Part shown: positions 40,901 through 47,324 of the stretch, piece after piece
Layout of the letters: every line of letters begins with the position of its first letter
Numbering within the stretch: the first letter of the stretch is position 1
NCBI GenBank assembly: GCA_965219345.1
Contig: OZ244732.1
Location: 160,001-224,000 of the forward strand
Source of the DNA: Nitrosopumilus sp.
Lineage (GTDB): Archaea; Thermoproteota; Nitrososphaeria; Nitrososphaerales; Nitrosopumilaceae
DNA length: 64,000 nucleotides
Reading direction: 5' to 3'
The notes under the pieces: model-generated
Seen by the model: the letters and a program-made list of their open reading frames with translations, nothing else
The model's database searches: none
Told to the model about the DNA's origin: nothing
Program-made: the position numbers and the translations under genes

Positions 40901-41576
40901 GCGGGAACGATTCTTGTGAGGACACGGAGAAAGAGTCGACAAAGGATGGACGAATAATGTCATCTATGCTGCCCGTGGTTTTGGTGTATGTCAGGTTAAT
41001 GTCATCATCATGATCAAGCGTGTTGTCAAGGGAAAGGGTGACCGTGTCTGCAATGACTGCGATTCCGGTCACGGCCGGGTTTGTGGATATGTCGCCGGAC
41101 AGCACAAAGTCTTCGGGTGCCGTGGAGTTGTATGCGACGTTCTCGGACAGCACGATGTCAATTGTTGACGTGCCGGCAGTGCCAACAGAGGACACGGTTG
41201 GTGGCGCGTCATCGGTTGTACCGGTAAAGGTCTGGTTTGCTGCCAGGTTGAACCCCGTACCTAACAAAGAGTCAGGTGAAGAGGTGTAGATTATATCCGG
41301 CCTGTCGGATGTTGTGATGCCGGAGACGGTAAGCGTTATGGTGTCTGCCGAACCTCCGGGATCGGTGTTTGCCGACACTTGTCCGACGGAGAGGGCGAAT
41401 CCTGCGCCGTCCATGCTGTTGGCGTCTATGTTCTCGCTGTACGTCAGGACTATCTCGGTAGCCGAGGTTACAGAAGCTGCGATGATTGTCGGGTGCTCCG
41501 CCGCATGTGCCGGAACAATGGACAAAGAGGCCAACATCAGCGTGGAAATTAAAATAACAAAGGAAATTCTCTCCAT
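25983..41576 (-). CDS. Giant secreted surface protein (~5200 aa) with 10 modules of Ig/SwmB-like domains plus 5-blade beta-propeller repeats
   Basis: Signal peptide MERISFVILISTLMLASLSIVPAHA; about 50 PxGLAFSxDGTxMFV blades; ten SLASFxA module ends; Gly-rich linker; C-terminal C..C..ERGW motif; GC much higher than flanks. Confidence 0.9.
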   Translation of the reverse strand: MERISFVILISTLMLASLSIVPAHAAEHPTIIAASVTSATEIVLTYSENIDANSMDGAGFALSVGQVSANTDPGGSADTITLTVSGITTSDRPDIIYTSSPDSLLGTGFNLAANQTFTGTTDDAPPTVSSVGTAGTSTIDIVLSENVAYNSTAPEDFVLSGDISTNPAVTGIAVIADTVTLSLDNTLDHDDDINLTYTKTTGSIDDIIRPSFVDSFSVSSQESFPQDLAFSNNGTRMFVTGDDGDDVNEYALSAPFDISNVTFVDSFSVADEDETPIGLAFSADGTRMFVVGDDNNKVYQYTLAAPFDVSNVTSDSSFLVSTETTSPRGLAFSNDGTKMFVLSIADSSVYQYTLSAPFDVSTAVSSSFFSAASQDPLLIGLAFSADGTRMFVAGSGGDKVYQYALTAPFDVGTAAFVDSFSVRSQDGTTRGLAFSADGARMFVVGDDNDNINEYALPKPFTLFPQPNSLASFAAFSVENNIPPDTTPPTITAASVTSATNITLTYSENIDADSTDGAGFTLSVGQVTANTDPGGSDDTITLTVSGITNTSDTPVITYAESLGTVTDAASNPAADQIFDRTTDDAPPTVSSIATAGTSAIDIVLSENVAYNSAAPEDFVLSGTISPDPAVTGIAVIADTVTLSLDGTLDHDDVINLAYTKTMGSIGDGPAPLSFVGSFSQQPQNSPPRDLAFSADGYRMFILSGNNDTVYQYALAAPFDVSTASSPVTSFSVATEETVPRGLAFSADGTKMFVTGSSGDGNIHQYALSAPFDISTVTFVGSFPPSSQDTFPIDLAFSGDGTRMFVTGRNNDAVYQYTLTTPFDISTATFVDSFLIGLDTFPIGLAFSGDGTRMFVIDNDNIAYQYALSAPFDVSTASSVGSFPVGSPNVFQTGLAFSGDGTRMFLLDNTNSAVREYALSDPFTLFPQPNSLASFAATLVENNIAPPDTTPPTITAAAVTSLTEIVLTYSENIDVTTTDGQGFTLSDGQVTANTDPAGSGNTITLTVSGITISDAPNVIYTASDGSVADSASNQAANQTFTDTTDSTAPTVSSIGTAGISTIDIVLSKDVTINGAAPEDFALSGTISTDPAVTGITADANTVTLSLDDMLDGNDVINLAYDKTTGSIDDIPVPPSFDISFSVSSQDSTPQGLALSADGTRMFVLGSGGGVVHQHTLTAPFDLSTASYDNIAFSVTDQESAPRDVAFSNDGTKMFVLGDGDNDINEYALSAAFDISNVAGTSDVSNVTSFSVELQESSPQGLTFSADGSKMFVTGFNGGDVYQYTLAAPFDVSTASYDDISFTVSLQDSDPRDVAFSADGSKMFVVGSSSDSVHEYTLSAPFDVSTASHADSFSVESQDGAPSGLAFSGDGTRMFVTGDDNDAVYEYSVSEPFTLFLQPNSLASFAATPVKNNISPFTIIASSLTSATEIVLTYDENIDVNATDGTGFSLSVGNVTANSDPAGSDNTITLTVSGIAAGSDTPDVTYTASDGTVTDNESNPAPDQTFIDTTGGTTLTVSSAATAGTSTIHVTLSEDVTINGAAPGDFALSGDISTDPTVTGIAAIANTVTLSLDDTLDHDDVISLAYDKTTGSIDYIPLPPFAGSFPVDSQDRTPVGLAFSNDGTKMFVTGSQKDRVYQYALTEPFDVSSASYSSKSFSVESQDEDPRGLAFSANGTKMFVSGDDGNDINEYALTAPFDVSTASHADSFSVSSQDNSVRGLAFSANGTKMFVVGDGNNAVYQYALSTPFDVSNVTGTSDVSFVTSFSVSSQEKFPFGLAFSDDGTRMFVVGNDINEYILSAPFDVSIARFDRSFPIDSQDSEQTDLAFSADGTRIFVVGNGNDSVYQYALSDPFTLSPQPDSLASFAAISVTNDIPDTTPPAITAAAVTSATEILLTYSENIDVTTTDGQGFSLSTTGGTVSANTDPAGTDNTITLTISGITDTSDAPAITYTAPPGTVTDTASNPAANQTFTGTTPLPDDTPPTITAAAVTSATEILLTYSENIDVSTTNGTGFSLSTTGGTVSANTDPAGTDNTITLTVSDITDTSDAPAITYTAPPGTVTDTASNPAANQTFTGTTDDAPPTVSSIGTAGISTIDIVLSKNVTINGAAPEDFVLSGNITADPVVTGITAVANTVTLSLDDTLDHDDDILLAYTRTTGSIDEGPFATFDSSLPVASQDIMPFGIAFSNDGMRMFVSGVHNSAISEYALTAPFDVSTATFDSSLSVASEDLTPHGLTFSNDGTMMFVVGSFDQDINEYALTAPFDISDATFVDSLPIVSKDAEPQDLAFSNDGTRLFVTGSDNDAVHQYALDTAFDISTASAASSSLISFSVESQDDFPIGLTFSNDGYGMFVVGGNSNAVYRYALTAPFDISTASHAGSFQLGFQGTSPRGLTFSDDGSRMFVVSDAGNASDAVHGYALSEPFKLFSQSASLASFAATMVTNNIPPDTIPPAITAAAVTSAASITLTYSENIDVSTTNGMGFALSTTGGTVTANTDPAGTDNTITLTISGITDTSDTPDITYTASDGTVTDTASNPAADQTFAGTTDDAPPTVSSIATSGTSTSAIDIILSEDVTINGAAPGDFVLSGNITADPVVTGITVAAAAADTVTLSLDGTLDHDDDILLAYTRTTGSIGDGPAAHLAGSFPIDLQDSSPIGLAFSTDGTRMFVVDLSDNAVYQYALTPPFDVSTATFVTSFSVSSQDINPRGLTFSATGTKMFVLGSAGGGNVHQYALSAAFDISNVAGTSDVSFVTSFSISSQDINPRDLAFSADGTRMFVAGIGNSAVYQYALTAPFDVSSASFDDTSFPVVRQDRNPTGLAFSANGMQMFVTGDDGNDINEYALDTAFDVSDADFVGSFSVESHDSSPAGLTFSGDGMQMFVAGSDSNAVYRYALPEPFMLFSQPNSLASFAATTVTNNIASPSPPPDGTDPPIDDTVPPEIIAAAVTSATEILLTYSEDIDVTTTNGEGFTLSTGTVTANTNPAGTDNTITLTVSGITTSDAPVITYIAPPGTVVDAESNPAADQTFTGTTDDAPPTVSSIATASTSTINIVLSENVTINGAAPEDFALSSTISTDPAVTGITAVTNNTVALALDDTLDSNDVILLAYTRNTGSIDDIPLPPLLSSFPVDLQDSESTGMAFSNDGTRMFVVSTGISSDNDAVHQYTLTAAFDVSTATFVDSFSVGSQDTFPSGLAFSNDGTKMFVVGSFDNNINEYTLTAAFDVSTAAFVDSFSVASQDILPLDMAFSGDGTKMFVLGGAGDDINEYTLSAPFDVSNVAGTSDVTFVDSFPVASQDRSTQGLTFSADGTRMFVVGSINGAVYGYALTAPFDVSTATFVDSFSVTSQDRFPRGLAFSADGTRIFVLGSDSENVHQYALSEPFTLFQQPNSLASFEATLVTNNIGSPPPDDIDPPIDDTVPPEIIAAAVTSLTEITLTYSEDIDVTTTDGTGFALSDGGTVTANTNPAGTGNTITLTVSGITASDAPAITYTAPPGTVTDTASNQAADQTFTGTTPLPDDTPPTITAAAVTSLTEILLTYSENIDVTTTDGQGFILSVGQVTANTNPAGTDNTITLTVSGITASDTPAITYTAPPGTVVDSALNPAANQTFTDTTPLPDDTTPLPDDTVPPTLTVSSVATAGTSAIDIVLSKDVTINGAAPGDFVLSGTISSDPTVTGITAAADTVTLTLNDTLDHDDVILLAYTRTTGSIDDIPAASAFPDGSFSVRSQDPTPNGLAFSADGTRMFVTGNNFNAVYQYTLAAPFDVSNVTGTSDVSHVDRFLVDSQESSPRGLAFSANGTKMFVVGSSSDSVHEYALTTAFDVSTATIDSSFSVESQDSSPRGLAFSADGTKMFVVGSSSASVHEYALTSAFDVSTATIDSSFSVESQDTSPRGLAFSADGTKMFVVGSSSASVHEYALTSAFDVSTASFDSSFSVESQDSSPAGLAFSGDGTGMFVLGFDGANVHQYALPEPFTLFSQPNSLASFAATLVTNNISSDTVAPAITAAAVTSLTEITLTYSEDIDVTTTDGQGFTLSVGQVTANTNPAGTDNTITLTVSGITASDTPAITYTAPPGTVVDSALNPAANQTFTDTTPLPDDTTPLPDDTVPPTLTVSSVATAGTSAIDIVLSKDVTINGAAPGDFVLSGTISADPTVTGITAAADTVTLTLNDTLDHDDVILLAYTRTTGSIDDIPAASAFPDGSFSVRSQDPTPNGLAFSADGTRMFVTGNNFNAVYEYTLAAPFDVSNVTGTSDVSHVDRFLVGSQDTSPRGLAFSADGTKMFVVGSSSASVHEYALTSAFDVSSASFDSSFSVESQDSSPRGLAFSADGTKMFVVGSSSASVHEYALTSAFDVSSATIDSSFSVESQDSSPRGLAFSADGTKMFVVGSSSDSVHEYALTTAFDVSSATIDSSFSVESQDSSPAGLAFSGDGTGMFVLGFDGANVHQYALSEPFTLLPQPNSLASFEAISVTNNIASPSPPDGTDPPIDDTVPPEITAAAVTSATEILLTYSENIDVTTTDGTGFTLSVGQVTANTNPAGTDNTITLTVSGITASDAPAITYTAPPGTVVNSASNSAASQTFTDTTPLPDDTTPLPDDTVPPTLTVSSVATAGTSAIDIVLSKDVTINGAAPGDFVLSGDISTDPTVTGITAAADTVTLTLNDTLDHDDVILLAYDKTTGSIDDIPAASAFPDGSFSVRSQDPTPNGLAFSANGTSMFVIGSGNDAVHQYALPAPFDISNVTGTSDVSHVARLLVGSQDTTPNGLAFSANGTSMFVIGSGNDAVYQYALPAPFDISNVTGVSNVTLAGSFPVGSQDIFPRDVAFSNDGHRMFVVGEQSDAVHQYDLSAPFDVSTASYDDISFSVLSQDNSPRGLAFSANGTSMFVIGSVNDAVHQYALPAPFDISNVTGTSDVSHAGSFPVGSQESSPRGLAFSNDGTRMFVAGIDNSAVYQYTLPEPFMLFSQPNSLASFAATTVTNNIAQSGDIDTTVTIVDDTEEPEPEPERKPEKSGRSGGGGGGGGGRTGVSTGGGGEPLSDIELYGVSWNCETGLVRIITGDDSSTLSVSVRTSIGGLAEASLSDESIPGSKVFTSHIGPSETYLGILLVDIAGRDSNIRNESIAIKQCVGEKTYDDDDDDDMSDTPKSTSQSQSGSSSDVSKGDMECKPGFTMVKNLRDDLACLLDRSVQPLMERGWVESIVG

Positions 41577-41587
41577 CTCTTTATTTT

Positions 41588-41608
41588 CACACACACACCC
41601 CCCCCCCC
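41588..41608 (-). repeat. G11 homopolymer plus (TG)5 just upstream of the giant gene start
   Basis: + strand cacacacaca followed by c11 at 41598-41608. Confidence 0.9.
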
Positions 41609-41844
41609 GTTATTCTGTTGATGCTCACAAAAAATGGTAGTTAATGCTCATATATATAAAATTCCAACTGACAGGACATGGAAATCATCAGCAAAACAGC
41701 ACAGGGGATCACACAGACCCTGTGGCAGCAGTTGCAGGCCAAGACGCGGTACGGCAGCTCAGTCCCCATGCAAGATTCTTCAACAAAAGAATCAAAAAAA
41801 TAGGCTTATCAGTAAATAACCCCAAAATATCAAGGAGGATAGCT

Positions 41845-43605
41845 ATGTGTTCAATTATTGGTTACTACGGAAAGAAGATTGCCGCGCCCATCATTGTAAA
41901 GGGATTAAAAAGAATGGAATATCGTGGATACGATAGTGTTGGGGTTGCAACAGAATCCAAAAATAAAATTGAGTTAAAGAAAGGCACTGGAAAAGTAAAT
42001 GAAGTAAATTTAAAAGTTCAGTTAGATAAACTTCCAGGAAAAGTAGGTATTGGCCATACTAGATGGGCAACACATGGAAAAGTTACAACTAACAATGCAC
42101 ATCCGCATCCGAGCAACTCTGGAAAAATTGCAATAGTACATAATGGAATTATAGAAAATTTTGAAGAATTAAAAAAACAATTAGAAAAAGAAGGATATAA
42201 TTTCAAAAGTGAAACAGATAGTGAAGTAATTGCAAACTTACTTCAAAAAAATTATGAATCAACTGGGGATGTTAAAGAAACAATTATGAAAACTGTTGCA
42301 AAACTTAAAGGGCATTTTGCATTTGTTGCAATATTTGAAAATGGTCAACTTGCAGCTGCAAGATTTCATGAGCCATTAATAATAGGAGTTGGGCGAGATG
42401 ACTTCTTTTTATCAAGTGATGTTTTGGGATTTATTGAACATACTGATGATGCAATTTACATAAAAAATGGGAATTTTGTTATTTTAGATAAAAATGAGTT
42501 TCAGATTTTAGATTTTAATGGTGAACATGCAAAATATGGGATAACAAAAGTTTCAAAAGAATTTGGAGATGCATGCAAAGGAGATTATGCACATTTTACA
42601 TTGAAAGAAATTTACGAACAACATGAAACAATTTTGAAAGCTGGAGAAAAAACAGCAGATGCAATTGAAAAAACAGCAGACTACATTAGACATGCAAAAA
42701 ATATCTATATAACAGGAAGCGGTACTAGTTACAATTCCGCGCTAATTGCAAAGCAAATTTTATCAAAATACGTCAAAATTAAGGCTGAACCAATCATATC
42801 AAGTGAACTCCAATTTGCATCAGACAGCATTGAAGAGAATTCCATTCTAATTGCAATATCTCAAAGTGGAGAAAGTGCAGATGTCTTAGACGCGGTAAGA
42901 ATAGCAAAAGAAGCAAATTGTAAGATAATATCTATTGTCAATTTGTTGACATCATCACTTGTACGTGAATCAGATGTAGTAATTGGCATGAATTGTGGAC
43001 CTGAAATTGGAGTTGCAGCAACAAAGAGTTTTACATCACAGCTAGTAGTACTCTACAAAATTGTACAAAAATTGAGTAAAAATGAAATAACAATTAATTT
43101 TGAAAAATTCTCTGAATCAATTTTAAAGATATTAGATGATCCAACAAAAATCAAACAGATTGCCAAGGAGTTAAAGAAAATTTCTGACATTTATGTTTTA
43201 GGTAGGGGAATAAATTATCCGATTGCAATAGAGGCAGCACTGAAACTTAAAGAATTAACATACATTCATGCAGAAGGAATTCCAGGGGGAGAATTAAAAC
43301 ATGGACCTCTTGCATTAATGGATTCAAACGTATTTGTGATAATTATCAATCCAAATGATTCAACATATTCAGATACGCTAACAAACACAAGAGAAATTAA
43401 AGCTCGTGGAGCAAAAATTATTGGAGTTTCGGATATAGAAAGTGATGTTTATGATTATTGGATAGAAATTCCAAAAATAGATGAAGTGTTGTATCCAATT
43501 TCAGAAATCATTCCAATACAGTTGTTATCTTACTATGCAGCACTTGAAAAAAATACAGATCCGGATTATCCTAGAAATCTAGCAAAATCAGTTACAGTGA
43601 AGTAA
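41845..43605 (+). CDS. glmS: Glutamine-fructose-6-phosphate aminotransferase
   Basis: MCSIIG start, EYRGYDS, GHTRWATHG, PRNLAKSVTVK; GGAGG SD upstream. Confidence 0.97.
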   Translation: MCSIIGYYGKKIAAPIIVKGLKRMEYRGYDSVGVATESKNKIELKKGTGKVNEVNLKVQLDKLPGKVGIGHTRWATHGKVTTNNAHPHPSNSGKIAIVHNGIIENFEELKKQLEKEGYNFKSETDSEVIANLLQKNYESTGDVKETIMKTVAKLKGHFAFVAIFENGQLAAARFHEPLIIGVGRDDFFLSSDVLGFIEHTDDAIYIKNGNFVILDKNEFQILDFNGEHAKYGITKVSKEFGDACKGDYAHFTLKEIYEQHETILKAGEKTADAIEKTADYIRHAKNIYITGSGTSYNSALIAKQILSKYVKIKAEPIISSELQFASDSIEENSILIAISQSGESADVLDAVRIAKEANCKIISIVNLLTSSLVRESDVVIGMNCGPEIGVAATKSFTSQLVVLYKIVQKLSKNEITINFEKFSESILKILDDPTKIKQIAKELKKISDIYVLGRGINYPIAIEAALKLKELTYIHAEGIPGGELKHGPLALMDSNVFVIIINPNDSTYSDTLTNTREIKARGAKIIGVSDIESDVYDYWIEIPKIDEVLYPISEIIPIQLLSYYAALEKNTDPDYPRNLAKSVTVK

Positions 43606-44665
43606 ACAATCGAGAGTATTCTTTTTCTGCTAACTCTAAAAATTTTGCAGTATCATTTCCTGTTTTGAGCATAGATGAAATAATACTGCCGCCGGCACCT
43701 ACACCTTCTTTTGCAAATCCTTCTGAAAATGCCCTTAGGCCAGAATATTGTGAATTTTTTAAACCTGGATTTACAGAAAATGCAGGAATATCTGAAATTT
43801 TTGGGACTAGGTTTTTGAAATTTGCACTTACATCATCTGTAATGTAAGAGGTTGTTCCAATTGCAGTATTTTCTTCATTAAATCCAATTTTTGATGCAAA
43901 TGCCAATACGGCAGTCATCTGGGTTCCGCCGGCCAACATTACTTTGGAAACATCAGAAGCAGAAGTCAACATTCCTGCAGCAAAAGGAATCATCGGATCC
44001 CCAACTTTTGCAACAATACTGTAAGGATGATCAGAGTCTACTCTTTCAAGTGCAGAATTAACAATTTGATTTTTTAATTCAACAGGATTGTTTGGGATAC
44101 TGGAACTCACTTTAGCATCAAAACCTAATGCTTTCAATACAGCTAATGCAGTGGTTGTCCCGCCAGGAATGCTCTCACCAATTATCAAACAATCAGTTAG
44201 AGATGCCATATTTCTTCCAACAATTCGACCATAATCAACAGCATCAGATACTTGGGAGTCAGTCATAGCATCTTGAGTTGAAATGTTTTTTCCAAAAGAC
44301 AATCCTGTTTCAACAAAGGGTAATTGAGGAGAAATTTTACTACCAGCGTTAATTGTTAAATGAGGGATACTTGCAGAGTCCAAGGCAGTTTTAGTTAATA
44401 ATCCAGGGGTTGGTTTTCCATCAGGAGTCATTGGAATACTATCAATTGTTTTACAATATCCATAGTGAAGATACTCTGCATCAGCTGGTGGAGTAAACTG
44501 TATTGAGTTCTTGTCTGCACCTGCAAAAGTAATTCCAGGAACTTCACAAGTCTCAGTATATGAAATTACAAATGAAAAAAGAAATCTTCCCGACTTTATA
44601 GTTTCAAGAAAATTTTCAGCCTTCTCAACATTACCAAATAGTTCAAAATTTTCCAAAAGGTTCAC
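43592..44665 (-). CDS. cobT: Archaeal nicotinate-nucleotide phosphoribosyltransferase CobT
   Basis: GESIPGGTTTA, LAGGTQM, KEGVGAGG. Confidence 0.88.
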   Translation of the reverse strand: MNLLENFELFGNVEKAENFLETIKSGRFLFSFVISYTETCEVPGITFAGADKNSIQFTPPADAEYLHYGYCKTIDSIPMTPDGKPTPGLLTKTALDSASIPHLTINAGSKISPQLPFVETGLSFGKNISTQDAMTDSQVSDAVDYGRIVGRNMASLTDCLIIGESIPGGTTTALAVLKALGFDAKVSSSIPNNPVELKNQIVNSALERVDSDHPYSIVAKVGDPMIPFAAGMLTSASDVSKVMLAGGTQMTAVLAFASKIGFNEENTAIGTTSYITDDVSANFKNLVPKISDIPAFSVNPGLKNSQYSGLRAFSEGFAKEGVGAGGSIISSMLKTGNDTAKFLELAEKEYSRLFTSL

Positions 44666-45273
44666 AAACCCATCATTTCAACAAACTGTTGTTCAGTTCG
44701 TTTTTGCATTATATGGTTGGTGGTTTTTTCTTGCCTAATAGTCGATGTTTCTGAATTGCCATAATTGTGACCAGAATATAACACCAAATCATCATCTAAG
44801 GTATAGAGAATGTCAAAAAGGCTATGATAAAGCTCTTTTGCACTTCCTCCAGGTAAATCAATTCTTCCACAATTTCCAACAAATAATGTGTCACCGGAGA
44901 AAATTTTGCCATCACCAGTAAGACAGATACTGTCCTTGGAATGACCTGGAGTATGAAGAACTTTTAGTTTTGAATTACCAAATTCGATAAAATCCCCATC
45001 CTTCACTGTTATGTCGTGCTTTAATTCGGAAAATTCATGTTGAATAATAGGAGCTTTAGTAGATTCGGCCATTGCTTCATTTCCCATAGTATGATCAAAA
45101 TGATGATGTGTGTTTACAATGTATTTTATTTTTAGATTATTTCTTTTTATGATCAGTTCTAATTCAACAAGTTCCCAAGACGGATCAATAAGGATTGCCT
45201 CATTTGTATCTTCATCTTCAACAATGTAGGTAAAGTTCTGCATATTTCCTACTTGAATTTGATGAACTTTCAT
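44662..45273 (-). CDS. Metallo-beta-lactamase-fold hydrolase (glyoxalase II-like)
   Basis: THHHFDH, HTPGH, SGDTLF. Confidence 0.9.
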   Translation of the reverse strand: MKVHQIQVGNMQNFTYIVEDEDTNEAILIDPSWELVELELIIKRNNLKIKYIVNTHHHFDHTMGNEAMAESTKAPIIQHEFSELKHDITVKDGDFIEFGNSKLKVLHTPGHSKDSICLTGDGKIFSGDTLFVGNCGRIDLPGGSAKELYHSLFDILYTLDDDLVLYSGHNYGNSETSTIRQEKTTNHIMQKRTEQQFVEMMGL

Positions 45274-45917
45274 AAAATGCCCTCTTCAGCTTCTAGAGGG
45301 ATTCCAATTTTTTCAGCATACAATTTCCCCGTCAAGTCTTTTCTTTTAGGAATTCCTTGTTTCATTTTATGAAATGTAACTGTCATGTCACATTTTGTAA
45401 AGATGTTTGCCGTCTCTCCCGTTTGTGGATCTAATCCAGAAGGCACATCTACAGCAAGCTTGTAGCAATCTGTTTGATTGATATAATTAATTGCAGATGC
45501 ATATGGCTCGCGAATCTCTCCCGATATTCCAGTACCCAAGATACCATCTATTATGACATCTGGTTTGAAATCAAAGTCAAAAGAATCTCCCGATATTAGT
45601 TTCACAGATGGCATTTTTTGCAAAATAGACCAATTCCAATTACTTTCCTCAGTTTTGATTTTATCAGGAGTGCCAAGAAGTATTACTGTAACTTTTGCGT
45701 TATAACCAGCTAAATGTCTTGCCATTACCAAACCATCACCGCCATTATTCCCCAATCCTACAAAAATTAGAATATTTTTTGATTCTAAATTTCCAAGTTT
45801 GTCAACTAATCGTCTAACTGATGCGGCACCTGCATTTTCCATCATGAATTTTTTTAAAAATCCCATATCATGACCTTTATTTTCAATTTGATACATTTGA
45901 TCAACAGTAATTTCCAT
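45270..45917 (-). CDS. nnrE: NAD(P)H-hydrate epimerase
   Basis: MENAG, GNNGGDG, DGILGTG, VDVPSG. Confidence 0.92.
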   Translation of the reverse strand: MEITVDQMYQIENKGHDMGFLKKFMMENAGAASVRRLVDKLGNLESKNILIFVGLGNNGGDGLVMARHLAGYNAKVTVILLGTPDKIKTEESNWNWSILQKMPSVKLISGDSFDFDFKPDVIIDGILGTGISGEIREPYASAINYINQTDCYKLAVDVPSGLDPQTGETANIFTKCDMTVTFHKMKQGIPKRKDLTGKLYAEKIGIPLEAEEGIL

Positions 45918-46037
45918 AATTTACAAGAAAATCATATCCAAAATAAGAGCTTTGGGGATGTGTTTCAGGTAAAAAATAATTTTTATCTCAAAAATTCTAA
46001 TGATTTATCAACTACCAAGATCTAAAACCATTAGACA

Positions 46038-47324
46038 ATGGGTTCTGCAGGGAAAATAATAGGAATTGGAATTGTAGTCATCATAATTATTATTGGATTA
46101 GCTTATGTAATTGGAGGTTCAGATACGGAGGTTAGCGAATCTATAGATTCAACAGTTCAAGAAACTTCAGAATTGTCAGGTGTTGTCGATATAGGATTAA
46201 TTTTACCACTTTCAGGGGATTTAGCTACCCATGGATTAGAAAACTTGGAAGGCTCAAAATTAGGAGTAGTTGAGTTTAACAAGCATTTAGAGGAAATAGG
46301 AGCCACATGGACATTAAAAATGACTTCGGAGGATTCTGCAACTAACCCAGTCATTGCATTAGAAAAATTAACTTCGCTTAACGCTAAAGGAATTAAAATG
46401 ATAGTTGGTCCTGAAACTAGTTCTAACATTAGAAACATGAAGGGATATTCAGATTCAAACAACATGTTGCTAGTTAGTTGTTGTTCATCAGCTCCATCTT
46501 TGGCTATTCCAAATGATAGTGTGTATCGTCTAGTTCCAGATGATTCTAATCAGGGTACTGCACTTTCAAAGCTAATTCAACATGAAGGAATTAAAGTACT
46601 AGTTCCTGTTTGGAGAGGAGACACATGGGGTGATGGATTAAGTGATGCCACTGCTAGTTCATTTGTCCAACGTGGTGGGATTATAGATGAGGGTGTTCGT
46701 TATAATCCAGAGTCTCCAGAATTTTCTGCATCGACATCATTACTTGCTGAAAAAGTACAAGAATATGCAGATGAGTATGGAAAAGACAAAGTAGGTGTTT
46801 TATTTTTAGGATTTGCTGAAATTTTACAATTTACACAATCTGCATCACAACATGAGATTTTGGATGATGTTAGATGGTTTGGACCCGGAGCTAATACTAA
46901 AGAACATAAATTAATTGATGATCCAATTGGTTTAGAGTTCTCAACTAACGTTCAGTTTACTACGGTTCAATTTGCAGCATCTAAAATCACCGATACCGGT
47001 GCTGTAAATCCAATTTATGAGAAAGTGCAAGATCATCTAACTGAAACTTTGGGAACTGCACCTAACTCATTTGTGCTTTCTTCATATGATGCTGTATGGA
47101 TTATTGGCCTTGCAATACTTGAAACTCAAAGCACGGATGTTACTACAATAAAATCAGTAATTTCAGATATTGCAGAGAACTACAGCGGCGCAATTGGCCC
47201 CACAATACTCAATGAGGCAGGTGATTTGGCACAAGCAAATTATGAAGTCTGGGGAATCAGAGGCGGTGAATGGGCATTATTAGGACAATATACCCAGTCT
47301 ACGGATTCAATATCACTAATTTAG
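46038..47324 (+). CDS. livK: Liv-type ABC transporter substrate-binding protein
   Basis: N-terminal TM; IGLILPLSG, IVGPETS, YDAVW. Confidence 0.85.
   Translation: MGSAGKIIGIGIVVIIIIIGLAYVIGGSDTEVSESIDSTVQETSELSGVVDIGLILPLSGDLATHGLENLEGSKLGVVEFNKHLEEIGATWTLKMTSEDSATNPVIALEKLTSLNAKGIKMIVGPETSSNIRNMKGYSDSNNMLLVSCCSSAPSLAIPNDSVYRLVPDDSNQGTALSKLIQHEGIKVLVPVWRGDTWGDGLSDATASSFVQRGGIIDEGVRYNPESPEFSASTSLLAEKVQEYADEYGKDKVGVLFLGFAEILQFTQSASQHEILDDVRWFGPGANTKEHKLIDDPIGLEFSTNVQFTTVQFAASKITDTGAVNPIYEKVQDHLTETLGTAPNSFVLSSYDAVWIIGLAILETQSTDVTTIKSVISDIAENYSGAIGPTILNEAGDLAQANYEVWGIRGGEWALLGQYTQSTDSISLI

Noticed and set aside
25983-41576. Diversity-generating retroelement acting on the propeller repeats
   Set aside because: No reverse transcriptase in the window, no non-coding template copy, and differences are not evidently adenine-specific
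26473-41640. Many long + strand ORFs (up to 473 aa) within the giant gene
   Set aside because: Antisense shadows of a GC-rich repetitive CDS; they repeat with its modules and show no independent motifs
41644-41844. 67-aa N-terminal extension of GlmS
   Set aside because: GlmS needs Cys at position 2; ATG 41845 has a GGAGG SD
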